A stretch of DNA of 63,039 nucleotides, filler included, from Octopus bimaculoides (lineage: Eukaryota), in the NCBI RefSeq assembly GCF_001194135.2. It is 8 parts of 7 records of this genome, joined end to end, with 100 filler letters (N's around TTAATTAATTAA, not from the genome) between each part and the next. Parts side by side here need not be neighbours in the genome. Positions count along the whole stretch, not along the records: positions 50,036 to 55,637 come from NC_068981.1; positions 55,738 to 61,723 come from NC_068993.1; positions 61,824 to 63,039 come from NC_068992.1; 5 more parts are not named here. The stretch is one strand, 5' to 3'. The translations under genes and the position numbers were made by a program. Below, piece by piece: positions 52,335 through 63,039 of this stretch (its first letter is position 1; each line of letters opens with the position of its first letter). The notes beneath the pieces are model-generated. The model was not told the origin of the DNA. It saw only the letters and a list, made by a program, of their open reading frames with translations, and did not search any database.

Positions 52335-53231
52335 TGCTGATATAGTAATTATACTGTGATACTGAGTGGACGTTTGTAACGATCCAACCCTTTTAAATAT
52401 AATAACACTGTACGACTGGGGGCCGTACAGTGCCGGATAGAAACATCCTATCGACGACTTCGGATTTATAACAATATCTTTCAGAGCGACAACCGTCTAA
52501 TAAAGATAGATATAACAACGGCAGAAGCCATTGTGAGCCATTCGAGGACACAGTAATCGCAGCTCTAAGAACTGAAGGGGGAATAAAAAACATAATGTGG
52601 AGTGTTGAGCGAGAGTTACCGGTAACCCTGGAGGATATAAAGCGGAATGTGTTAAAAGACAAGCTTATAAAAGAAACAAAAGAACACTATGGTACAAAAA
52701 AAAACAAGACGGGAATATATACTGAAAGTGTGATGGCGTACCGATGTATGCACAGAGAGTAGTTATACCGAAAAAAACTACAAGAGAATGTTGAGAGAAT
52801 TTCACGTCGGACATCCGAGTATTTCAAGGATGAAAGCGTTAATGCACAGTTGCTTATATTGGCCAAAAGTGGACAAAGAAATCGAAAATTTGGTGAAAGA
52901 CTGTAGAGGATGTGGTCTAGCAGTAAAATTACCAAATATAATATGAGAACCATGGCCAAAAGTAAATGTTCCGTTGTCGAGACTACACATCGATTTCACT
53001 GGTCTTTTAAATAGTTTTTACTACTTAGTGATAGTGGATAGTTTTTAGAGATGGCCTATATATATGTCTGCTGATATAGTGATTATACTGTGATACTGAG
53101 TGGACGTTTATAACGATCCAACCCTTTTAAAGATAATAACACTATACAAGTGGGGGTCGTACAATACCAGATAGAAACATCCTTTCGACGACTTCGGATT
53201 TATAACAATATCTATCAGAGCGACAACTGTC
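52335..53231 (+). mobile_element. Gypsy-type remnant: 163-bp direct repeats flanking a pol fragment (RNase H end to integrase N-terminus)
   Basis: Repeats at 52335-52497 and 53069-53231. Between them (52541-53058): FEDTVIAALRTE..ELPVTLEDIK, EFHVGHPSISRMKALMHSCLYWPKVDKEIENLVKDCRGC (integrase HHCC zinc finger) and RLHIDFTG..YYLVIVDSF (start of the rve core). Confidence 0.85.
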
Positions 53232-53271
53232 GTACAAAGACATACAACAGCGGCAAATGACCGCTTTATAA

Positions 53272-53402
53272 TACAAATCCACCGACAAGGCTTTGGTCAA
53301 CCCAAGGCTATAGTAGAAGACGCTTGCCCAAGGTGCCACGTAGTGGGACTGAACCCGGAACCATGAGGTTAGGAACGAAGCTTCTTACCACACAGCCACA
53401 CC
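53272..53402 (-). mobile_element. SINE family A, 5' part, abutting the second LTR-like repeat
   Basis: ggctatagtagaagacgcttgcccaaggtgccacgtagtgggactgaacccggaacc..cttaccacacagccac matches the family A head. Confidence 0.8.
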
Positions 53403-53440
53403 AGGGCCTAAAGATATGAGTCTAAATCATCCCTGGTGTA

Positions 53441-53502
<62 letters not shown>

Positions 53503-54468
53503 GATGCATATACATACATACATACATGCATACAAATATATATACATATACATGCATATATATATACATATACGCATGCATACATACATGTGTGTGCGTG
53601 TGCGGGGGGGGTCTGTGTGTGTGTAAAGCATAACATAACGTAATATAATATAATTCAATATATATATAATCTAATACAGTTTTAATATATGATATAAAAT
53701 AATATGATATATGTCTTGATATAATATATGTCAGGACATAATATAATATAGTTCTTAATATAATATAGCAGTATATAATATGATATGCTATAACGTAATA
53801 GAATATATCGTAATATCCATACCATTCCTACATAAGATTACTGGGGGGTTTTTTGTGTGTGTTAAGCGTATCATTGTTTTATTTAACCCTTTGTCTTAAA
53901 ACTGATTTGCATAACACAATTAATTACCGTGTTACTTTTTATAGTTATGATGTTTTAACAATTTGATTGCAGATAGATACACTTACTGTATTTGCTCTTG
54001 TATAAGACGCACCACAGAAAATTGGTACAAAACAAGTATCATGCAAGGATTCTTAGTCTAGCGTATTAGGAATTGAATATCAATCCATTTCTTTTCAATC
54101 TGACAAATGTGAGAGAAATTCAAAATCATAACTTGTAGTTAGTGATGAAAGTTAGCCAACAAAAAAGGCAAATTTTTCATTTCAAAATTTCCGAATGATT
54201 TACAGAAACATTTCAAGTTTTTTCGCAACCTTTTTGTCCACATGTTTCTTTGACAAATGCCCTTACTTCAATGAAATGTTTGGTACAGAAAGTGCAATTA
54301 TTCACGAGTAAATACGATAAAACCATGTTACTAAAGTAGAGCAGTTGACACACAACATTTAGTCATTAAAATACGATTTGAGTGAATACAGTAAAAGAAT
54401 GCATAAATACCTAACGGTAGCCGACGTGGTTTGCTTCTACGCAATCGATCAACCTTGGGGAGCCACCT

Positions 54469-54538
<70 letters not shown>

Positions 54539-54735
54539 GTATGTATATGTGTATGTATATATATATATGTATATCATATGTGTGTATATATATATGCATA
54601 TATATGTGTGTATGTATGTATATATACAAGCATATACACATATATTTGTATATATGTATAATGTATATATGTATGTGTATATATATCCATATCCATATAC
54701 ACACATACACACACTCATAAACACACACATACATA

Positions 54736-55590
54736 GAAGGTGCGATGGGTAAATTGTCACCATTTTATATTCTTAATTTCGCGCATGCGCATTGTTTTTT
54801 TATTTTGTCGGTTACACAGTATAGTAGCGTCAGTTGGGAACCGTCTGCCAGAAAAACAACACCATGTTGCAATTAAACCTGCCAGATATTTGAAAACGAC
54901 ATGCTGTACAGCTTGCATGGCATTCGCACCAGAAGCTCCAACACGAACATTTCAGACTGTCTGGGCGTCAATCTGAGGACATGTACTTTGAGTGATAAAA
55001 ATCAAACATCCAGTCAACATCATGGTGATCACTAGTGATAGCGAGGTTATTGCTCCGTTCATCTTCCCACACAGTCTCACACTCAACACGGAGGCCTACA
55101 TCAAGTGCCTGGAAGAGGTAGTGCTTGCGTGGGTGAAGAGGGTGACTGCTGAAAGATCCTGAGTCTAGCAACTGGACTCTAAACCATGCCACACAAACAG
55201 GAGAACCCAGTTTTGGCTGTCAAACAATTTCTGCTCCTTACATCTGATCACCTAACTCTCCAGACTGTAACTCCCTTGATTAATATATATGGGGCGCAGT
55301 TGAGTGAGAGACGAACAAAAACTCCTTGTAACACTAAAGATGAACTGAAGGCAAGGATTATGGCAGCATTTACCAACTTAAACAAGGAGACCATCCAGAA
55401 GAGTTGCAGGAGATTCTGAAGTCGTCTCGAGGCCGTGGTTGAAGCCAAGAGCGATTTTATTGAGTAAATTTACTCTTTAGTATGTCAAGATATTTTAATG
55501 TAATTTTGGTAAATGTAGCTGTTAAATTGAGATGTCAGTGTTATTTTCATTTTTGCGTAATTTAGACGACAATAGAATCACCGCACCTTG
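54736..55590 (+). mobile_element. Internally deleted maT/DD37D-like element with both TIRs (855 bp)
   Basis: TA|gaaggtgcgatgggtaaattgtc ... gacaatagaatcaccgcaccttg|TA. Interior remnants read PFIFPHSLTLNTEAYIKCLEEVVLAWVKRV and TPCNTKDELKARIMAAFTNLNKETIQKSCRRF. Confidence 0.85.
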
Positions 55591-55737
55591 TATACATACA
55601 TACATACATACATACATACATACATACATAATATATANNNNNNNNNNNNNNNNNNNNNNNNNNNNNNNNNNNNNNNNNNNNTTAATTAATTAANNNNNNN
55701 NNNNNNNNNNNNNNNNNNNNNNNNNNNNNNNNNNNNN

Positions 55738-56146
55738 GTGATGGCATAGATTAGATTTTCCGAGGCACAGGTGAAATTTGATTTAATCTTAAAGATTTCA
55801 CCTTGTTTAAAGTGGAACTCAGAACCCTCCAAAAGGTGGGGGCAAGTCCCACAGTTAGGTCGACCACATTTTTTTACTTTTGGTTCTGTTGTTAATGGAT
55901 ACAGTCTTGCGCTGGTTGATATTTTTTTCAGTGATTTAGGTTGCATTTTACTTCTGATTATTTTGTGTGAGTCTAAAATTTTGTTCATTGTTTTATCTCT
56001 TGTGAGGATGGGAAGATTTTGGATGATGACGTTAAAGGCTTCGTTGTTTCTAGGGTTATGTGTGGAGATGTATGGGAGTATTTTAAAGTCTGGTTTAGTA
56101 TTTCGGTTGACTTCCCTTAATGTTTGTATGTCTATTTCCTTAGCTC
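55738..56146 (-). mobile_element. Penelope-like element fragment (RT-to-GIY-YIG linker)
   Basis: ILPYISTHNPRNNEAF..KKCGRPNCGTCPHL..FKIKSNFTCASENLIYAI, the Cys motifs preceding GIY-YIG. Cut by a contig join on one side and a SINE on the other. Confidence 0.85.
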
Positions 56147-56289
56147 GAGGTTGACTTTGCCTTTCAATCTTTAGGGGTCGAAAAATTAATGATCAGTTTC
56201 GCATTAGGGCCGATGAAATTGACTACCCCTCCCTCCAAATTGCAGACCTTGTGCCTATAGTAGTGAGAATTATTAATACAAAGAGAAAT

Positions 56290-56652
56290 ATGATTTTTAA
56301 TACTCAGGAAGCATTATCTAACTAATTTGCAGTATCATCTTCAATCAATCTAGTTATCCTTGCTTTCAATCTTCTAAAGATCGAGGTGTAGTTGGATAAA
56401 TTACTTTTCACATGTCCCTGTAAAACCAAATCCAATAAAGTTCAATCTGGTAAACTTGGAGGCCTAAATAATGGTCTTCGTCTTCCAATCCATCTGTTAG
56501 GGAATTTCTCATTTACAAAGTGCCTAAATTTCACAGTAAATTGAGAAGGTGCACCATTCTGTTGTAAAACTATATTCTCGATCAGTTCTAATAGTTCAAG
56601 CTTGGGAATGAAGTAATTTGTAGCATTGCAGCATGCATTTACAGACACCCTG
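56290..56652 (-). mobile_element. Internally deleted rosa/DD41D-like transposon
   Basis: TA|CAGGGTGTCTGTAAATG TIR next to LQQNGAPSQFTVKFRHFVNEKFPNRWIGRRRPLFRPPSLPD*TLLD; 41 residues separate the second (mutated to Asn) and third Asp positions. Confidence 0.75.
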
Positions 56653-57607
56653 TATGTATGTATATATATATATATATATAACTGACAGAGGGTGTTAGAA
56701 CACCTACAATGCTAAAAAAATAGCTAAAGTGCTCTCATACTGCATTCGCGTTGACTGCAGCATCACAGCACTTTAACTCTTATTTCTAGCATCGTAATTG
56801 GACGTAAATATCTGATAAGTTTTACTTTTCGTCACCAGAGAGCATCTCCTATTTTCAAGATATAGTCTGTCACAACACACATAATTCTCCGCTTTAAGAA
56901 GTCTTTGTGTGTCAACAATACTTTCTTCTCCACAGTCAATTAGACGCCATCGGACTGATGAATCTAAGAAGAGTGTTGTCTCTTGTTTATAGAAATAATC
57001 AAAGTGGGAAACGCTACAGTGTATTGAAATCCCCTTACACTGGTTAATTGAGTGTATATTGAGCATATATAAGGTAAATCGAAGAGATAGTCTCTGATGA
57101 CAAAATACTGCAACTTTAGGATATTCAAACTAAAATCAGCCAAAACGTACTGAGAATTATAGAGAAGTTATTGTACAGTCTGCACCCCATGGACTATTAC
57201 AAATAAAACAAAGTAAAGTGAAACTTCATTCTGAATTATTTGGTATTCATTACTAGTATTGATGTTACTGCCTTTTCTTTCATTTAGCTATTCTCATTTT
57301 GTAATTTTCTGCTTGATCACGATATTCTTTTTATAATTATTCTACTTGCCATCGTCTTCATCATCTTCGTTGTATTTGTCGAGGTTGTATCTTCCTCATT
57401 TTTATCAATTCTCCTCCTCAACCGCCTCCATTATACCATGTTCTTGTCATTTAAACCTAAATAGTTTCCTCCACCAATTCCACATACGTCCCAGTTTCTT
57501 TCTTCCCAATTCCTTCCAAATTCTCATACATTTTCAATTCCTCTCTTCCTCATCAGTCTTGTAGTTCTTGGTTATTTTTTTAAAAAACTTGCTGCTCGTT
57601 CGTTCAT

Positions 57608-57700
<93 letters not shown>

Positions 57701-58492
57701 NNNNNNNNNNNNNNNNNNNNNNNNNNNNNNNNNNNNNNNNNNNNNNNNNNNNNNNNNNNNNNNNNNNNNNNNNNNNNNNNNNNNNNNNNNNNNNNNNNNN
57801 NNNNNNNNNNNNNNNNNNNNNNNNNNNNNNNNNNNNNNNNNNNNNNNNNNNNNNNNNNNNNNNNNNNNNNNNNNNNNNNNNNNNNNNNNNNNNNNNNNNN
57901 NNNNNNNNNNNNNNNNNNNNNNNNNNNNNNNNNNNNNNNNNNNNNNNNNNNNNNNNNNNNNNNNNNNNNNNNNNNNNNNNNNNNNNNNNNNNNNNNNNNN
58001 NNNNNNNNNNNNNNNNNNNNNNNNNNNNNNNNNNNNNNNNNNNNNNNNNNNNNNNNNNNNNNNNNNNNNNNNNNNNNNNNNNNNNNNNNNNNNNNNNNNN
58101 NNNNNNNNNNNNNNNNNNNNNNNNNNNNNNNNNNNNNNNNNNNNNNNNNNNNNNNNNNNNNNNNNNNNNNNNNNNNNNNNNNNNNNNNNNNNNNNNNNNN
58201 NNNNNNNNNNNNNNNNNNNNNNNNNNNNNNNNNNNNNNNNNNNNNNNNNNNNNNNNNNNNNNNNNNNNNNNNNNNNNNNNNNNNNNNNNNNNNGTGTGTG
58301 TGTGTGTGTGAGTGTATGTGTGTGTGTGTGTGTGTGTAGAAAGAGAAAGAGAGAGAGGGGGAGGGAAAGAGAATGAGAAAAACAGAAAGAAACAGACAGA
58401 CAGATAAATAGACAGATTGAGGATGACAGAATAAATGATTATCTTATGAAATTTATTACCTTACAGCTGTTTCTAATATCAAATGAAGTGGA

Positions 58493-59290
58493 TTTGCATT
58501 TAAGGACTTTGTGTGTATTGATGATATTGTTCATTTTCGGGTTTTGTTTGATTGTGGTGTATGCTTCGATGATTTTGGGGTTGTGGGTGGAGATGTATGG
58601 AAATATTTTGGGGTTGGGTGTGTTGTGTGTGTTGGTTGGTTTTTATGCAAAAGGCAATACAAATCTTTGAAAAAACTCTTAACTAATGCCAAATTACATA
58701 CACCACTTCCACCCCCATCAGTTAAAAAATGTTCACGCCCTAACTGTGGTACCTGCCCCTACCTATTTGAAGGCTCTGAATTTACCTTCAAACGAGGAAC
58801 AAAGTTTAAAATCAAGACCAATTTCTCTTGTTCCTATGGGAATCTCGTTTATGTCCTCACATGCGCAGGTTGCCAACACCACTATATCGGACAGACGAGC
58901 CTCCTGTACGTAGAAGAGTAGCAGTCCATAAAGAACAAATAAATCTCCCGCAACACCTCCAAATTCCACTCAGTGGCCACATAGATTCTTGCGCCAGAAA
59001 CAAAAGCCAAAAATCCCTTATATTCCCTTTCTATCAATGTAAAGGCAGAATCTCCACACAAGAAAGAATCAACAAGGAAAATCTTTTTATAGAGAAATTC
59101 CAACCATATTTCTCTAAGAACAGACATAAACTTCCTGTTGACAAAGAGTCCAGAACTCCAACTAAAGAGTATAAAACCCACAGAATTATCTTCCTTTACA
59201 CACACTTCCTGTTTTGACAACACACTTCCTGCTTAACACATAAACTCTCACCCCCCTCTTTCTTTTTTAAACAAAACACAACTCTCAATT
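58493..59290 (+). mobile_element. Penelope-like element, GIY-YIG endonuclease end, with an inverted 5' segment
   Basis: Plus strand from 58646: CKRQYKSLKKLL..CSRPNCGTCP..NLVYVLTCAGCQHHYIGQT, frameshift, VHKEQI..GHIDSC..KENLFIEKFQP. 58493-58645 encodes the adjacent upstream peptide on the minus strand. The 3' boundary is approximate. Confidence 0.85.
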
Positions 59291-61823
59291 TCATGCATCC
59301 TAATTTTTCTAACTATTATCTACATGGATTACCATTGAACTTTAAAAGCTCAAAAACAATATAATGTATTGGTATATTTATTTTTTTATATATTATTTTT
59401 TATATATTATTTTTTACTTTTTCGTAAAAAATATTTTCATTCTCCCTCTTCTTGAAAATTTGTCATGCAATGAAAGCCGGTTAGAAATCCTTTTTACACA
59501 TCTATATTAAAATATGCTTTCAGTTTAGAATTCTGCCTTATTATTATTTTTCATTTTCCTATATATATATGTATGTATATATTCTCTGAACAGTCGCACA
59601 TACGTTTAAAGACTCTTCTATTGTCCATCTTTATAAGCACAAAGGTGTGTCTGACATAAAACACTCGGGTCACTCTATCTTTATTCCCCGTTTTCGTCAA
59701 TTCTTAGGTACTTCTTGTATGAGAGGAAACTTTGTGCGACCGTTGATGCCCAGGTTTGTGGTCTGGATCACTGGTTTTTCCCGTTCATGAATGAAATATA
59801 AAGATTTATTTTCTAATTCCATATCTATGTCAGCTCAAATTGCTAACAATTCCATCTTTGGCTTTATTATTTCTAGCATAATTTTTGGAGTGATTCACAA
59901 AGAAATTATAGGTTTCATTAATATTTTACCAGACCCTAGCGTGTAGCCATTTGAATTTTTTGGTAGGGTTTTAATGAATTTAATGCCAAATGAAGAGAAT
60001 TTCAGAGATAGACTGTATATCTCCTTGATATATTCTCTTTCTTTGAAACATTTCGTTTCGCTCAGTTTTAAGGATTTCTAGGATTTGTTTTCCATCTCTT
60101 TGTGAGTTAGTCAATGGTATCAATTAAAACAGCACTCACTTTTGCAATGCGGAGACACTACAACAGGCATTAGTGGGGAGTCAAATGCCTGCCTATAAAC
60201 AAGCCATAGTGTTGTAAGATTCCTACTATAAGTAACACATATACATGATGGATATAATTGATAGAATTGAATGAAATTAAACTTTTAATATCAGTGCTAC
60301 AGTACTACGTATAGTTTATCATTTTATTTCTGCCGACGTTATGTCGAATAGTTTGTGCCAAATAATTTTTCAAAGGCAGTAAATGTTTCATTGTTATGAA
60401 ATATCCTCTGCGTATATCTGTTTCTATATATTTATTTATCTATTCATTTATTTATTTATTTTATCATTTATGCATTAACGAAAGCTGAAAGGAAAATCGT
60501 ATAAAATTAGGTAAACATTATCTCCTTTTATACACGAATAGACTTTTATTTCCGATACACTTTAGTTTTATTTTTAGTATTTTATTCTCTAAGATCTTTT
60601 TGCCGATGCAGACCAGTAATGGATTTCCCAGGTCTTAGATGTCATAAAATAAGTTCGGTCAGACATCAATATTACACAACTACGTAAACTGATAAACGTT
60701 TTAATCTTTTGTGATTATATTTGTTTTACACCTTGCCTTGCTGGGCTTGTAATGTTCACTTTACGTCTCATGGGAGTGTTGTTGCGAACTTTGGTTACAA
60801 GGAACTATAAAATATGATATTTCATCATTTTTATTTTTTAATGAAGTCAAACACGAGTTCTGGTAACCTGATATGTATTGAAAATCTTGTGGGGAAATAG
60901 GTTATCCAGTTTCCATATATTTAATATCCTCTCTTATGTTCAATACATTATATGCACTAGAAATGCACTTTAACTATCTCATTTTATTTGTCAGGAGAAT
61001 CGAATGCTGGCATGGTAATCCAACCTGATGTGATTAGATATTAGTTCATCAGCTGAGTTCATGCACGTGGAAATGCTTAGTATTATCTTACTCGTTTGCA
61101 TACCTAATTAGAAAAAGCAAAATAGATAAGATCATATGTAATTGAAGAGCCACATGCCTATAAGGTGCCTTTTTCCGATTCTGTATCATATTTGTTACAG
61201 AAACCCAAGCATCGTCCAGTGGAGGAATCGAAACCACAATCTTAGAAATTGGAGCGCAACAACCTAACCGCTAAGTAAACGTAAGTATACTAATGATACG
61301 TATATCAAAAGAGCTGTAAGAAAATACACAATCTGCGAAATGTTTGGATGACAAAGCTACATTTAGTGTAACAAATACAATATATAACCCTGACTGCTCG
61401 AACATGTTTCGAAGAATAGATGTTTACCCCCACCTGATATAATCATCATTCTTATATCCTTCTCGCGAAAATAGTTATTTATCGAAGAGAATAGATCTGA
61501 AACTGATAAAACTTCATGATTCTAGTATTTAAAGGAATTTACCAAAATATAAATAATATATAAATGATAGTAATGTATATATGAAATGTGTATATTAGAT
61601 ATTCACTTACTACATGCGTATGTGGGTATCTTGAATATGTGTATATGTGTGTTTGTGTGTCTAAATATATATTAAATACAAATAAACAAGTATTTTATAA
61701 ATATATATATATATATATATATANNNNNNNNNNNNNNNNNNNNNNNNNNNNNNNNNNNNNNNNNNNNTTAATTAATTAANNNNNNNNNNNNNNNNNNNNN
61801 NNNNNNNNNNNNNNNNNNNNNNN

Positions 61824-61890
<67 letters not shown>

Positions 61891-62921
61891 CTTCTGAATA
61901 CGTATGTGGATTAATTAATAAATTAAGATTATAAACTTAAGTTAGGTTTATCGCATCATTTCGTGGATTTAGACTGATAAAAACAGAAGCAATTACACCT
62001 GCACCAAATGCCAAAACACCAGTAACTGTTACAATAACAGCATCAATAGAAACATAAAAAAAAAACTGTAGACATCTTTTGAGAAAAAAGAACTTTTTCG
62101 TAAAAACGAAATCACATTTACCCTATACTTTTGTATGATAAAGTTTATTAAACAGCTTTCTCACTTTTAAAAACTTGAAATACATACTTCAATATATATT
62201 ACGTACTCCTATACATACATACATACATACATACATACATACATACATACATACATACATACATACATACACACACACTCATTTCCATATATATATGTGA
62301 ATGTATATGTTTATATAGAATATATAATGTACTGGAGTATTATTAAGCATGTGCTTATCATAAGCAGGTAGTCTCAAACTGTTATATTATATTCTACTGT
62401 CTGAAGATACAAAATGGACGTACACTGGCCGGCCTGTTATTTCAATCATTCGATCAGTTAATTTGATACTCCGTCCTTTGGGTCAACTATTGGTTGTGTT
62501 GTTTATGAGAAAAAGTATAAACAAAAAAATTTTCAAGGACGGACTCATTTTCTCATTAAACATTTGACATTTGTAATTGCCATAGTTTTTGTAATTACTG
62601 ACCAATCCGAAACGAAGAGATTTGTGTTCATGACGCAGAGAATCCTTGAGAAATAATTGGAATAAAATTACTTTCAGGATCCAGGAATCGGTGTTTTCTG
62701 CAAATTCAAGAACGATGAGCTTATTTTTTAACAGACAAACATGAGCCCTTCTTTTGCTTTCCGGTCCTTCATTAACGTGCCGGCTGACGAAGTCAAGGGG
62801 TAAAACAAAATATATTTTGTCTCACGCACAGTTATCGATGGACAATTTTCACCCACAGACTTCTTTTCTAAGTTTATTATTATTATTTTTATATGCATGT
62901 GTGTGTGTGTGTGACTATGTA

Positions 62922-62993
<72 letters not shown>

Positions 62994-63039
62994 ACTATAT
63001 ATATATATGCACATATATACGTGCATATATGTTATATAT

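Noticed and set aside
2846-62000. Long ORFs of 150-400 aa in the track, such as 5037-6236, 23621-24568, 31324-32241 and 57568-58311
   Set aside because: They consist of N-runs (X) plus microsatellite translations (poly-T/Y/S/L, IY, VC, HT, RE) and are not genes.
62780-62815. CTGACGA suggesting a hammerhead ribozyme
   Set aside because: No GAAA core or closing stems follow. The same applies to CTGATGA near 56955 and 57095.

Overview
AT-rich, microsatellite-saturated eukaryotic DNA from a gapped draft assembly. The repeat landscape (tRNA-derived CORE-like SINEs, RTE, Penelope, Tc1/mariner) points to a coleoid cephalopod, most likely Octopus; this is an inference. The only confidently identified gene is the 3' end of SRPRA (SRP receptor alpha, SRP54-type GTPase): three exons on the + strand at 46712-46797, 47536-47712 and 48936-49064, with a non-canonical GC-AG intron after the DTAGR exon. 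The window is a mosaic of at least eight contigs joined by seven artificial 100-bp spacers (44 N + TTAATTAATTAA + 44 N), so order and distance across those joins are unproven. The rest is mostly decayed mobile elements: several SINE families, mariner/maT/rosa/Tigger-type elements and MITEs, Penelope, RTE, Tx1/L1, HERO-like and Gypsy fragments, and a probable solo LTR. Most entries in the ORF track are artefacts of N-runs or microsatellites. I found no convincing new multi-gene system. The best leads are the weak-site GC-AG SRPRA exon bracketed by inverted SINEs (circRNA, editing or NMD hypothesis), a telomeric-repeat palindrome between inverted repeat copies, a twin-priming-type inversion in a Penelope copy, a duplicated tRNA-Asp head fused to a SINE tail, and two unannotated candidate exon sets. 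All alignments and identities were judged by eye.
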